Source of the DNA: the human T2T-CHM13v2.0 reference genome, Homo sapiens
DNA length: 64,000 nt
NCBI RefSeq assembly: GCF_009914755.1
Contig: NC_060947.1
Strand: one strand, 5' to 3'
Shown here: one piece after another, positions 14,863 to 31,133 of the stretch
Layout: every line of letters starts with the position of its first letter
How positions within the stretch are numbered: the stretch's first letter is position 1
Notes under the pieces: generated by a model
The model's database searches: none
Seen by the model: the letters and a program-made list of their open reading frames with translations, nothing else
Told to the model about the DNA's origin: nothing
Made by a program: the position numbers and the translations under genes

Positions 14863-15980
14863 ACACAGAAATTTTCTTCTCTGTCTAGTTGTACTTAGCT
14901 GCTTTATTAAGGAACCAGCGCTACTTCCACCATAATAAAGATTTAAGTATATATTTTCTCAAAATGAAACTCTGTCTATGTGTGTACTGGGGATAACCAT
15001 CCCCTTGATAGTCTAGCCAGATAGAAAACATGAAACGCTCTTCTAACAAACTACCTTTTCTGACATATAATTGCAACATGAATAATCCTATTACAATATT
15101 TAAATTAACTAGCATGGCTTGAGAAGTGTGAAAATGCAGTTTCCCCACTGTATCATGTTCTCTGCAATGTATATCTCCAGAGGTCATGGACTTTAGTAGA
15201 CTTTATATCTGATGCAATTATTGTTTGTCATTTTTGGAATATACTCCCTTTGTAGCTTTAACCGAAGAATCTTTTAGTTTTGCATAAGCTGTGTCTCCTA
15301 TTGGAACAACAGTAAACAATATGGTCTCTTTTATTCTTGAAATTACAGGGTCATACTTAATTCCTGAATTTTATATTTCAGTATAAATCTTACCAAATGG
15401 TAAAAAAAAAGTACAGTGGTATTTTAAAATACAAAATAAATGTTTGTTTTATGGAAAACTACATTTTCTATCTAAACAGACAGCTCATCTCATTCAAACA
15501 ATAGCCCAAATTAATATTAATTCTAAATCTTCAAAATGGGAGAAACTGCTTTTCAGTTTAAGTGATTCCAGGAAAAACAGACACGGTTAAATTGCTTCTC
15601 TAAAAATAAAATCTATTAATCCTTTACTACAACTTATTTATAGAAATATATTTGCATACACTCTTTAGTAAAGCACCTTTCATGTTATACCCGTTTATAG
15701 AAAAAACTTTATGTACGGTGTGGTGATTTTAACACTTAGATAACTTCTTCATGGTCCAAAATGGTTCCTAGATATTAAATACTGCTTCATTCAGCACAAT
15801 TTTTTTGTGTATGTTACTCTATAAATTACAATTTAAAACTTACTTGCTGCTTTGGGAAGAAGGACAAACTTCATTAAGGAATCAGGAAATGACTTCGAAG
15901 TTATCAGTCACATATCTAGGAAGTAGAATGCACTCTGTTCTACTCACTCCCAAGATCCTAGAGAAAATTTTGCAAATACT

Positions 15981-17917
15981 GGTCCCTCTCCCTCTCCCTC
16001 TCCCCCTCCCCCTCCCTCTCCCTCTCCTCACTCGCTTTCCACGGTCTCCCTCTGTTGCCGAGGCTGGACTGTACTGCCGTGATCTCAGCTCGCTGCAATC
16101 TCCCTGCCTGATTCTCCTGCCTCAGCCTGCCGAGTGCCTGGGATTGCAGGCGCGCGCCGCCACGCCTGACTGGTTTTTGTATTTTTGGTGGAGATGGGGT
16201 TTTGCCGTGTTGGCCGGGCTGGTCTCCAGCTCCTGACCTCGAGTGATCTGCCCGCCTCGGCCACCCAAGGTGCCGGGATTGCAGACGGAGCCTTGCTCAC
16301 TCAGTGCTCAATGTTGCCCAGGCTGGAGTGCAGTGGCGTGATCTCGGCTTGCTAAAACCTCCACCTCCCAGCCACCTGCCTTGGCCTCCCAAAGTGCTGA
16401 GATTGCAGCCTCTGCCCGGCCGCCACCCTGTCTAGGAAGTGAGGAGCGTCTCTGCCCGGCCACCCATCGTCTGGGATGTGAGGAGCCCCTCTGCCCGGCC
16501 GCCCAGTCTGGGAAGTGAGGAGCGCCTCTGCCTGGCCGCCATCCCGTCTAGGAAGTGAGGAGGTCTCTGCCTGGCCGCCCATCGTCTGGGATGTGGGGAG
16601 CGCCTCTGCCCGGCCGCCCCGTCTGGGAAGTGAGGAGTGCCTCTGCCCGGCCGCCACCCTGTCTGGGATGTGAGGAGCGTCTCTGCCTGGCCGCCCCGTC
16701 TGGGAGTCTCGGAAGTGAGGAGCACCTCTGCCCGGCCGCCACCCTGTCTGGGAAGTGAGGAGCGCCTCTGCCCAGCCACCACCCCGTCTGGGATGTGAGG
16801 AGCGTCTCTGCCTGGCCACTCCATCTGGGAAGTGAGGAGCGCCTCTGCCTGGCCGCCCCATCTGGGAGGTGAGGAGTGCCTCTGCCTGGCTGCCACCCCA
16901 TCTGGGAAGTGGGGAGCGCCTCTGCCTGGCCGCCCCATCCAGGATGTGAGGAGCACCTCTGCCCGGCCGCCCCGTCTGGGAAGTGAGGAGCGCCTCTGCC
17001 CGGCCGCCCCGTCTGGGAACTGAGGAGCACCTCTGCCCGGCCGCCTCGTCTGAGAAGTGAGGAGCACCTCTGCCCGGCAGCCGCCCTGTCTAGGAAGTGA
17101 GGAGCGCCTCAGCCCGGCCACCCCGTATGGGAAGTGGGGAGCGCCTCTGCCCAGCCACCCCGTCTGGGAGGTGGGGAGCGCCTCTGCCCAGCCACCCCGT
17201 CTGGGAGGTGGGGAGCGCCTCTGCCCGGCGGCCGCCCCGTCTGGGAGGTGGGGAGCGCCTCTGCCCGGCAGCAACCCTGTCTGGGAGGTGAGGACTGCCT
17301 CTGCCCAGCCACCCCATCTGGGAGGTGAGGAGCCCCTCTGCCTGGCCGCCACCCTGTCTGGGAGGTGTACCCAACAGCTCATTGAGAACGGGCCATGATG
17401 ACGATGGCGGTTTTGTCAAAAAGAAAAGGGGGAAATGTGGGGAAAAGAAAGAGAGATCAGATTGTTACTGTGTCTGTGTAGAAAGAAGTAGACATAGGAG
17501 ACTCCATTTTGTTCTGTACTAAGAAAAATTCTTCTGCCTTGGGATGCTGTTAATCTATAACCTTACCCCCAACGCCGTGCTCTCTGAAACAAGTGCTGTG
17601 TCAACTCAGGGTTAAATGGATTAAGGTCGGTGCAAGATGTGCTTTGTTAAACAGATGCTTGAAGGCAGCATACTCGTTGAGAGTCATCACCACTCCCTAA
17701 TCTCAAGTACCCAGGGACACAAACACTGTGGAAGGCCACAGGGTCCTCTGCCTAGGAAAACCAGAGACCTTTGTTCACGTGTTTATCTGCTGACCTTATC
17801 TCCACTATTGTCCTATGACCCTGCCACATCCCCCTCTCTGAGAAACACCCAAGAATGATCAATAAAATTATTTTAAAAAATAAAAAATAAAAAAAAGAAA
17901 TTCTCATTCCAAAAAAA
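15981..17917 (+). mobile_element. Full-length SVA, old subfamily (SVA_B-like)
   Basis: (CCCTCT)n hexamers, antisense Alu-like domain, GC-rich VNTR at about 16405-17370, SINE-R, AATAAA and A-tail; 19-bp TSD AGAAAATTTTGCAAATACT at 15962-15980 and 17918-17936. Confidence 0.97.
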
Positions 17918-17980
17918 AGAAAATTTTGCAAATACTACTGGACTGATGTTTGCCATCTCTTATCTAAAATAGTTATAATA

Positions 17981-18277
17981 GGCTGGGCACAGTGGTTCAT
18001 GCCTGTAATCCCAGCACTTTGGGAGGCCTAGGCGGGTGGATCACATGAGGTCAGGAGTTCGAAATCAGCCAGGCCAACGTGGCAAAACCCCGTCTCCACA
18101 AAAAAATACAAAAATTAGCTTGGCATAGTGGTGCATGCCTGTGGTTCCAGCTATGTGGGAGGCTGAGGCAGGAGAATCACTTGAACCCAGAAGCTAGAGG
18201 TTGCAGTGAGCCGAGATTGCACCACTGCACTCTAGCCTCGGTGACAGAGTGAGACTCCATCTCAAAAAAAAAAAAAG
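17981..18277 (+). mobile_element. Alu (AluS)
   Basis: Sense dimeric Alu with poly(A). Confidence 0.95.
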
Positions 18278-18289
18278 TTATATAAACAA

Positions 18290-18514
18290 CCACATAGACA
18301 CAAGAAGAATGCCATGTGACCACACAGGCAAAGTTTGGACTAATACACCTACAAGCCAATCACCTCCAAGAATCCATGGCCACCCATGGAAGGAAGCTAG
18401 GAAAAGGCAAGGAAGGATGCTATCCAGTGTCTGAGGGGTCATGGCCTTGCTGACACCTTGATTTTGGACTTCCAGCCTCCAGAACAGTGAGAGAATACAT
18501 TTCTATTGTTTTAA
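18290..18514 (+). mobile_element. MLT1B/C fragment
   Basis: GACACCTTGATTTTGGACTTCCAGCCTCCAGAAC..GAGAATACATTTCTATTGTTTTAA; truncated where the retrogene 3' UTR-like sequence begins. Confidence 0.8.
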
Positions 18515-18554
18515 TAAAAACAAATAACCACACATTGTAAATCCAGCTTGCTTT

Positions 18555-18560
18555 TTTAAT
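18555..18560 (-). terminator. Candidate polyadenylation signal ATTAAA of the retrogene
   Basis: Minus-strand ATTAAA about 570 nt after the stop, followed downstream by a GT/T-rich stretch (minus TGTGTGGTTATTTGTTTTT). Confidence 0.5.
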
Positions 18561-19125
18561 GAATGAAAGTACACTCTGAAAGCTACTTCCTTCCAATTAC
18601 TTATAAGCTTAAATTTTGTTATATCTTTATAGAAATGTCTGAAGAGACTAACATTTTTTATAGTTAACTTTGTTTTTCATATAAACATAAACTTTTGTGT
18701 TAAAAAGGTAACTGAAGGAAAGAATACCATGGCTAGTACCATTATACAAGTAATTTGTAGGCTTTTAACTGAACTGTTATTATTTCTAATATATACCTCT
18801 AGAACAAAACTACATTAACATTATCGACCTGGTTCTTCCCCATTCCAAACTAAGACTTTCCTTCCCAAAGATGGTTTCCTCCCCCAAATCGTGACACAAA
18901 TTAAGACTTTCTTGCTAAAAAGTTTATCACTCAGGTTCTGGTTACTATTTTTTTTTAAGATTATGAGAAATTTTGTTTTTACAGAATTAAACCCTCTTAA
19001 CTCGTTATATCTGTGATTTATCATTATAAGTTCACATGAAAAAGCTTGTGGAATCAGTCTTTTTAGCTTATGGACGTTTATAGAATTTTTGTTGAGCCAC
19101 ATTTTGAGGGTGCCCCATATAGATT

Positions 19126-21780
<2,655 letters not shown>

Positions 21781-21930
21781 TCTGGAGAGGCCAGAGGGCG
21801 GCAGGGTTCCCTCCTATTCCCTCTGGAGGCCCTGTTACCTCTCACTTTCCCCCACCTCAAGCACACTGAATCTTCTCTCCATTGCCCCCCAACACCCCAT
21901 CCCCTACTGTCTCTTAAAAAGCGAGTCTCA

Positions 21931-22243
<313 letters not shown>

Positions 22244-22984
22244 GCGAGTCTCTTGGACTGTTCTCCATTGTCTAGAAAAGCGTCGCTCTGGCAGGAATCT
22301 TGTGATTTCCCCAGAATTCTGCCCCAAAAGATTGTGCCTATGTAACCATTACTATACTTGTTAAAAGGAGCTGCCACCCAGCTTACAAATGGAAGCCTGG
22401 AAATTAGAATATGATTTTTTTATAAAGGGTTTTGTTTCTCTGAAACATTTTCTCTCATCAGGTATTTGGGAATGGAAACTTAGGAACTTTGATAAAAGAA
22501 ACTGTAATCACCTGTGTCCTGACAAAGTTCCTATTTCACATTCTATGTCAAGAAAAGGCTGGTCCAAAAAAGAAGCAGGAGCAAGTGGCCTATAGACCAT
22601 TAGCAAAAATCAGAGAAATGGTATTCAATCTTCCCAATAAGGCTTGGCATGAATCTGTATCATTCACTTAGACATCCTTTGGGGAGGATTGTTTTAAGAA
22701 GGAGTTGGTTAACTCCTCTGGTCTGTTTAGCTCATCCTAAAGCTCTATCTTTTAGCACAATGGGGAAAACATTTCCCCAAATTTTCCCACTCCATAAGGA
22801 CACTCGTCATTTGTAGGTAAGGACTGGGCCAGAGGAAAACTGTGAGTTGAAATTAGCCGAGAGAGTATTGGCCATCACAGATCAATTATTTTCTTTTCTT
22901 AATAATGATAATAATAACCACAACAACTAATAATACTTGATTACTTATTATTATGAAGAAAGGTAATAACATAACTGATCAAGT

Positions 22985-23225
22985 CTAATAATACTTGAAT
23001 GCTTATTATGTTCAAGACACTGACAAGAATGTTGGAGTTACTTTCTTACTTAGTTTACATAATGATCCAATGATATAGAAGTATTAGTAATCTTTTTAGG
23101 ATCAGGAAATAAACTTAGAGAAGTTAAATAAATTGCCAAAGGTCACACACTAATAAGTTGAGGAACTCTGTGTTCAACATGTCTTTCTGCTTCCAAAATT
23201 GGTTTTCTCAGCCATTGAACTATGC
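22985..23225 (-). mobile_element. MIR
   Basis: AGAGAAGTTAAATAAATTGCCAAAGGTCACACACTAATAAG MIR core. Confidence 0.65.
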
Positions 23226-24863
23226 TATCCCCTTCTTTTCTTGGCCGTCATTACACTTTATTTCACATTTCTTCCATCTATATAATTTGTAATCAACATA
23301 AAATTATCAAGACAAGATGGAAGTCACGCACTTCCTCCTTTAGATCCACATCTGTGTATAGCCAACTGAAAAATAGAAGCTTGGATATGGCAACTCTGTT
23401 AAATATAATTTTAATAGTAGCCAAGTTGATTTTTGATGTAGCAGCAAGTTTTGCAGTTTTCTTTTAAAATATATTTTTCCAAAACATTAACCCTGTTATT
23501 GCAAGGGAAAGCAAGAATTGGGGCACATCAAGCACATTTGGACTTGAAGAGTCCCATTTGTAGCAATCACTTCATTTTACATAGCACTGGAGATATGTGA
23601 TAATTCTCAAGTAGAAAAGAAAAATTTCCACACACCTCTTTTGCAATGTGGCCTACAGTAGAGTATAGTTCAAGAATATTACTTATGACAGTACAGCTAA
23701 GGCACTTGGGGAATTGAATACAAAATGACAATTATTTCATGGGAAAATTTAAGTCAATGCCAGGAAACTGCTGGTTTAGAAGCATTTACAAATTATAAAT
23801 AATATTTAAACATAAAATTAATAAATGACATATGAGAATGATATGTGTACTAAACAAATCTTCTTTCAACACGACAGTATGTGCAAATACACAATAATAA
23901 TACTGACATGTATGCTAATGGTCTAATTTTTTTTCTCTGCTGTGTTTATATTGAAGTCTCTATCAAAATCAATTATAATACTGTCAATCCCTTGAATATG
24001 CCTTCAAGTTCCATTCTCTGAGAGGCATTCAGCACAAATCTCTGTGTCCTCACAATTTCGTCACTGGGAGTTTCCCTTAGGCCAACTAAGGTTCCTTCAT
24101 CTTAATTAGGTTAACTAAAGTCTCTACAATCTAAAAGTCTCATATTCACATTTCTTAGTGCTATTTCTGCAGTAGTTTCTTTCAGTTCCTGTCTTTATTT
24201 GGTGCGATAAGTAGAGCAATGTCCTGTTTTCTTCATCAGTTAACATTATTATTTTTTATTTTTACTGTTGTCTTACAGGGAGCAAAGTAATAAGAATAAA
24301 ATATTCTAGGAGCTGTGTAAATCCTTTAAATATACATTATTTACTTTTTCATTTAGTCCTCATAAAAAGTGACCTAAGAAAAATACTATTACTACCTTAT
24401 TAGAGAGGAAAAAGCTTCAAACTCCAAAACTGAGTTAAACATTTGGTTCAAACCCCTGTAGTAAGTGATGATGCCAGAACTTGAAACCAGTTCTTTTATA
24501 GTTCCAACTCGGCACTTTGCTCTTCCCAATATGCAGTGCTCTCTCTCAGACAGTATATAAATTTTTATAGCAGATGTTTACAACAATGTAGTTTTTATTC
24601 CAACTATGACTGTTATTTGGTGTTTCTTCATTTTATTATGTGAAGAAAAATATTTGAGGCCAGTTCAAAATAAAAATGTGCAGACTGAGTCTTAAGATTA
24701 AGAATTCCTCTTTTGTTTTGCATGCTTGCCCCTCTCACATTTCCTCCCCATGACCATAGGGTAGTAAGATTTAGTTCTTCATGACTCTGTTCTGAAAATA
24801 AATAGTTTTACAAAAGGATCTTGTAATTCATCCACATCTTAAGACCACTAGGGTTTAATTTTT

Positions 24864-24897
24864 ACACTTGATCTTAGCCAAAAGTCCGAGAAGTGAT
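24864..24897 (-). pseudogene. 3'-truncated U2 snRNA pseudogene (U2 nt 1-34), tailless
   Basis: Minus strand ATCACTTCTCGGACTTTTGGCTAAGATCAAGTGT matches the U2 5' end at 32/34; TSD GGGTTTAATTTTT at 24851-24863 and 24898-24910. Confidence 0.92.
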
Positions 24898-25000
24898 GGG
24901 TTTAATTTTTATATTTCCAGAGTTCTTTAGAAAACAAAAAAAGGAATGAGTCACACATTTCTGAATTTTAGGTACAATAAAATCCTATGAAATGTTTATA

Positions 25001-25385
25001 CAGTCACGAGCCACATAAAGACATTTAGGTCAACAATGGACCGCATATATGGCATTGGTCCCATAAGATTATAGTGGAACTTAAAAATTCCTATCACCTA
25101 GCTGTCATAACATTGCAGCCCAATGCATTGCCTTATCTATGTTTAGATATGTTTAGATACATAAATTTTACCATTGTGTTGTAACTGCCTATAGTATTCA
25201 GTACAGTGACACGGTGTGCAGATGTGTAGCCTAGGAGCAAAAAGGTATACCATATAGCCTAGGTGTGTAGTAAGCTATACCATTTAGGTTTGTGTAAGTA
25301 TGCTCTATGGCGTTCACACAATGACAAAATTGCCTAAAGATGCATTTCTAAGAACATATCCCCGTCATTAAGCGACACATGACTA
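25001..25385 (+). mobile_element. Tigger3a/MER7-type DNA transposon
   Basis: CAGTCA...TGACT terminal inverted repeats with TA flanks; GTAGCCTAGGAGCAA and ATACCATATAGCCTAGGTGTGTAG motifs. Confidence 0.85.
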
Positions 25386-25649
25386 TATATGAAATATTTT
25401 GATGTCTAAATATTCTATCTATAAGAGGAGAGAGCATTTCATAGTGGGAAAAACAAAGTGATTTTTGATTTTATGAAATGGCATTAAAATATGGTTATTC
25501 AAATATATCTCATCTAAAATTTTCAACATCAAAATAATTAATGTAAAACACACCTACATGTTTACTACAAGTTTTCTAGCTAACTTATTCTGTGGAATGT
25601 TGCCTTTTATGGCATCTCTTATGGGAATATCTGAAACACAAGGCAAGCA

Positions 25650-26540
25650 GTGTCAACTCCATCTTTCCTGTGGCTCAGGTAAAAAATATGAAGTCATTCT
25701 TGACTTTTCCCTTTTTCTTACTCCCCACATTCAGTCTTCTAATATATACTGTCTGTCTGACTTTCAAAACGTGTTCAGAATCCTGCCACTTCTCATCACA
25801 TTTGTTATCATTATTACTACCAGTGTCAAATCCACCATCATCTTTGGTTTGCAAATTTTTAATAGTCTCTTCTCTTAGCTTTCACCTTTTCCCTACACTA
25901 GTGTATTTTCAACACAATAGCTAGAAATGATTCTTTTAAATCAGAAGTCACACTCTCCCACTTCTTCGCTAAAAATTAATGTTTTTACCTTAGAACACAA
26001 GCCAACATTCTAACTATAGTCTATCCATCCCAATAAGATCAGGCCCCCTTGATCTACTTGAGCTCTTCACCTCGTAGTCTCTTTCTTCCTTATTCTGCCT
26101 CAGCCACACTAGCTATCTTGCTGTGTCTGAAGTACATTGGGCACACTTGCCTCAGGACCTTTGTATCTGTCCTTCTTTCTACCTGGAACACTCTATTTCT
26201 CATTATCTATGTGACTAACATGCTCATTTTCTTAAAAAATTATTCAAATGTTCTTGTTTTTCTAGTGACACCTTCCCTAACCCCCTCTTTAAAATTGCAG
26301 GGGCCTCCCATTCCAATTCACCTATCACTTTTCTTCGATGTATATTTTCTCCGTAGTTCTTAGCATCATGTGATCATTTTGAACTTCATTTATTCTGTTT
26401 TCTGAAACCAGACTATCAACTACATGAAGGCGGTAATTTCCTTATTTTGCACACTGCTGTGTCCCTAGCATCTACCATAGGCATGGTACACATAGTTTCT
26501 CAGTAATTATTTGCAGTATAAATGCATGAACAAATAAGCA
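25650..26540 (+). mobile_element. L2 3' fragment
   Basis: Typical L2 3' motifs (GTCATTCTTGAC..., CCTCAGGACCTTTG, GCATGGTACACATAG). Confidence 0.7.
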
Positions 26541-28099
26541 TTATGTATAGGATGATTTCCAATAATCCATTTATTTATTCCACAGATAGTCCACAGATTG
26601 AGAAACCCCTATGGCCAGGCCCTATACCAGGCACTGGAGATGAAACAGTGAATTTGAACTTTATGTTCAGTCCTCTTATGGAATAGCTAGATAGTCTTAT
26701 CAGGAGATATTTTTAATTTACAAAATACATATGTCATTTCTTCTGATACCTAAATTCCATCTTTTTCGATAGTTTTCTTTCTATTGATGGTAAACTAGGA
26801 AACAATACTCTCCTTTTAGTTGCATGAAAACTCGTGTATTGAATAAAGTGGATGTTTTCCTCTAAGTTTTGTTGAATATTTCTTCCCCAACCCTGAGAGA
26901 AATCTCAGGTAGAAACTGCAGCTTTTCCATCCACTCTCAAGTGTTGAAAGAACCCTTATTTTCTAGTATTAAAACGTTCAACCCATTTCAAACTTCTGTT
27001 TGACCAAATCAAGTTCATGGACAAGACCAGAATCAAGAGGTGTAAAAGTATACTCCACCTAGACAGGGAGATCATAGCAAACTTATATAACAAAGGGCGT
27101 CGGTAGAGGGAAGAATGAAGAATTGGGAACAATGTTGTATTCTTTCATAAGCTTGGACAAGTACAACCAAGAACTTCCCTGGGCAAAGAGAGATGTATGA
27201 CTACTCTATACAGAGAGTATTAGAATGTGTGGACAGTTAAAATCTTCTTTTATTCTCAGGTGAAAACATCATCCTGTTATGTGTACACTGCAGCAGTCCT
27301 GGTTATTGTCTTCCCAGTGTCTCAGAGGTAAGAATCATGCAAGTATTTTCTTGGATCCATAAGCAGTTTCTGTCAGCATTAGTACATTCTCAGTACTAGC
27401 TGTGCGCATGGCTTCCTTGGAAGCTCCAAAATCTGCTCACACCTCATGAATTAAGCAGAGGAAAGAAAAAGGGGAAAATGTTCTTTTAAGCTCATGTAAA
27501 TTTTAGGCACTGACTTTCAGTGCCATGTTCTCTCTTTTTAATTCTGTTCAAATAGTTACTTCCAGACTCATTTCCAGTTTTGTTTTAAATTCTGTAATTC
27601 ATAGATCTTTTCTTCTCTATTTGAATAGACTATGTTACTTCCTCTTCCTACCTTGATCATCAAGAATAACATTAGCTCTCTGCTTACTAATTACCCTATA
27701 GCCATGTTGTATAAGTACTAGTAATGAGCATAATTTGGAGTTAAAAATGCTCAATTTTTGCCTAGAGATAGAATCATCTTCATTTCTTCAGTACAGTATA
27801 AGATATATTTATGTCATACAATATATATTTTCATTTTATAAGGAGCAGTCTATTTCGTCTTAACATTTTTGCCTTAATTCAATTAACATTTAAAGGGGTG
27901 CCTTGAATATGTTTGATGTCTGATGAGAAAATTGAATTGAGTCAGAAACAGAAACAAAAATTTCATGATAAATAGGGGAAATCTTAAACACTTTGGCTAG
28001 TCTTGATATTGGACACGTTACTACTTGTGTGAAGATCTAGTTCATTCTTCCTGAAAAACAACCTTTTATGTTTTGTTACCGCTTGCTGATCTGCTATCA

Positions 28100-28414
<315 letters not shown>

Positions 28415-28554
28415 TAAGCAGGAGGGCTGACATAGTGTAAGAATGTATTTTTGAATTACACATTAAAATCATTCAGAAAAAAAATCAAACATTTGTTTAC
28501 AGTTAATTAAAATTATAATTTTTAAAACTTCTAATATAAGGGGTTTATCAAATA

Positions 28555-29062
28555 CGTAGGTGAGAACAAATATTCTCTAAAAGAGAATTTAGAGGAAAGA
28601 GAGTTTATTCCAAAGAACAACTTGCAAACCAGGGAGATACAGCCTTCAATGTAAAATGAAATTGCATTGTAGAAAACCAAGGGAGGATTTAGCTTTCATA
28701 GAGAAAGTTCCTACCCAGGTTCCTATTCAGGACCTTTATGCAAATGAAGGATTCCAACTTGCTTAGTTCTGATTGATTGATCCCTGCTGAGCTCTAATTG
28801 GTCAATGTTTGCTGAGTTTGATCCGTTGATGCCGGCCATATACTACTGGTAGTTTCAGGCCATGTGAACATAAACAGTCAGCTATGAAAGTCCCAAAGTT
28901 AAACAGACATGTGGGTTTTCTGGGAATTCAAAGAGTATGTGTGGGGTCTATAGTGAGCAAATGGCCACTTGGCTCTATTTTAAATTTAGGACTAGTTAGC
29001 CACTCAGGATTCCTCTTGATAGATTGGCTCTTTCAGGGCCATGTAGGTGATACATACAGTAA
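28555..29062 (-). mobile_element. ERV1 LTR (MER31/MER67-like)
   Basis: Antisense poly(A) signal TTTATT at about 28604, repeated TGATTG/ATTGG, octamer ATGCAAAT at 28738-28745; family uncertain. Confidence 0.55.
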
Positions 29063-29299
29063 CATGTAAAACAAAGATAAAAATTCTTAGTACTCATACA
29101 TATTGCATGACCTTTTAAGTACAATAACTGCATTGGTTCCCTATGTTTTAGATGCCTCTTAAGCATTATATTTATCACAAAATGTGACCTTATAAAGTGA
29201 ATTTTAATGAAGATTTTATGCCTTAAAAATGCCTGTATTTGTGGGCTTGTTGTTTGATTGGTTGGTTGATTACTGAGAGTAGGTATAGCAGGGTAGTTG

Positions 29300-29425
29300 T
29301 GGTTTACCCATTCGATGTCATTAACACCACATTCCCTGCTTGTGACAACCAAAAATATCTTCAGTCAGGGCCAAATATACCCTGGGTGAAGGAGGCAAAA
29401 TCACAGTTGGTTGAGAATGACTACC
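29300..29425 (-). mobile_element. MER20 fragment
   Basis: TTGTGACAACCAAAAATATCTTCAG...GGTTGAGAA. Confidence 0.65.
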
Positions 29426-30707
29426 AGAAATAATTTTCAGTTCTTATCATCTACTAAGTTTTTAAAATGCAAATAGTAAATCTCAAAAGACAAGTTGTAT
29501 GGTCGTCTTTTCATGTCTGATATAGTAAAACCAGCTTATTTGAATTTTTGTGGTTCAAGATTTCTATTAATCAGGATTTCTTCATATTTACAGTAAATAC
29601 AATACGTGGCATTTATCATCAGGCCCTTCTCCAGAAAAATAATGAAGAAGTGAATTTGTTGTTTTAGCAATTCCCTTTTGTTTTCCTGCAGTCCGTTCTC
29701 ACAGCACCCAGAGCTTGCATACTACTTTCTATAAATCTACACTCTTTAGCATTCTACCAGGCCCCACCGCCTCACCCCATCTCACCTTTCTTCCCGCACT
29801 TTGTTCCAGCTCACTGTCCTTCGTGCATATCTTTTTCCCTTCTAAGGGTTGCTGACCAGACCTCCACGCCCCTATATTTTCATATCTCCTTCCTCATGGT
29901 TCACATTCCATTTAAAAAAGCAGTCCCTCAAAAAATTCTTTGCCCACAAAATCTGAGGCAGCAACCACTTCTCTTCATACTCTAACATTACCCTATTTCA
30001 GTTTCTCAACAGAACTTTCTCAATCTAGAATTACCACATTTAGTTACTTTTATTGTCTTATTCTGCTCTCATCCCACTCCCCCAGCCCAAAAAAGACAAA
30101 GATAGGTCTCGGCCCATCTTATTTTTTTCTGCATTGCATTATCTAGAAGACAATAGGTGTTCAGTGACTATTATGAATGAATGCATCAAAGAATGTGTAA
30201 AAATCACCCTTTTCTTATAGTGGAAACATTTCATGATAAAAAATTCAATTCCTCCTCATATTATTAAAATCTATCAATTTGGTATCTGATTTCATTAACC
30301 TGTTTTTTTTCACGTTCTTTCCTAAACTTATTTCTGGATGAGGATAAGGAGGTTAACAAACTTGTCTGAATTTCCACAGTGAGTAAATATTCTGAGCTTT
30401 GATTTGAACCCTGGTAGTCAGACTCAAGAATCTGTGTATGTAAGCTCTTTGCTACAAGACACATCACCATTCTCTTTCCCTTCTCTTTAAATAGGTACAG
30501 AAGTCACATTTTATGTCTACGTTATAAAATCATCAAGTTAGACTCTTAAGCATTTGGACAGGCAATATATGTCTCCATAGATCTCTTCTTATCCCCCATC
30601 CCCCTCTTTTTCTTCTTAATAGTACACATAGAGGACAATTAGATATAAAGTGCTTCTACTTCATGATCTCTCTCCCTTAAAGTATTTAACCTCAAAGTAT
30701 AAATATT

Positions 30708-31133
30708 CTTTTCTTTTAAATTTTACTTTAAGTTCTGGGATACATGTGCAGAACTTGCAGGTTTGTTACATAGGTAAACGTGTGCCATGGTGGTTTGCTG
30801 CACCTATCAACCCGTCACCTAGGTATTAAACCCCACATGCATTAGGTATTTGTCCTGATGCTCTCCCTCCCCTTTTCCCCACTGACAGGCCCCAGTGTGT
30901 GATGTTCCCCTCCCTGTATCCATGTTTTCTCATTGTTCAGCTTCCACTTATGAGTGAGAACATGCGGTGTTTCGTTTTCTGTTTCTGCGTTAGTTTGCTG
31001 AGGATGATGGCTTCTAGTTTCATCTATGTCCCTGAAAAGGACATGATCTCATTCCTTTTTATGACTGTATAGTATTCCATTATGTATATGTACCACATTT
31101 TCTTTATCCAGTCTATCATTAATGGGCATTTTA
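30708..31133 (-). mobile_element. L1PA (PA7/8-like) 3' end
   Basis: Antisense L1 3' UTR TTTTACTTTAAGTTCTGGGATACATGTGCAG..., extending into the end of ORF2. Confidence 0.9.

Noticed and set aside
16405-17370. Regularly spaced repeats resembling a CRISPR array
   Set aside because: Contiguous SVA VNTR units without unique spacers, in eukaryotic DNA.
16085-17858. Long ORFs up to 316 aa in the SVA
   Set aside because: Products of the GC-rich VNTR and Alu-like domain; repetitive and open in many frames.
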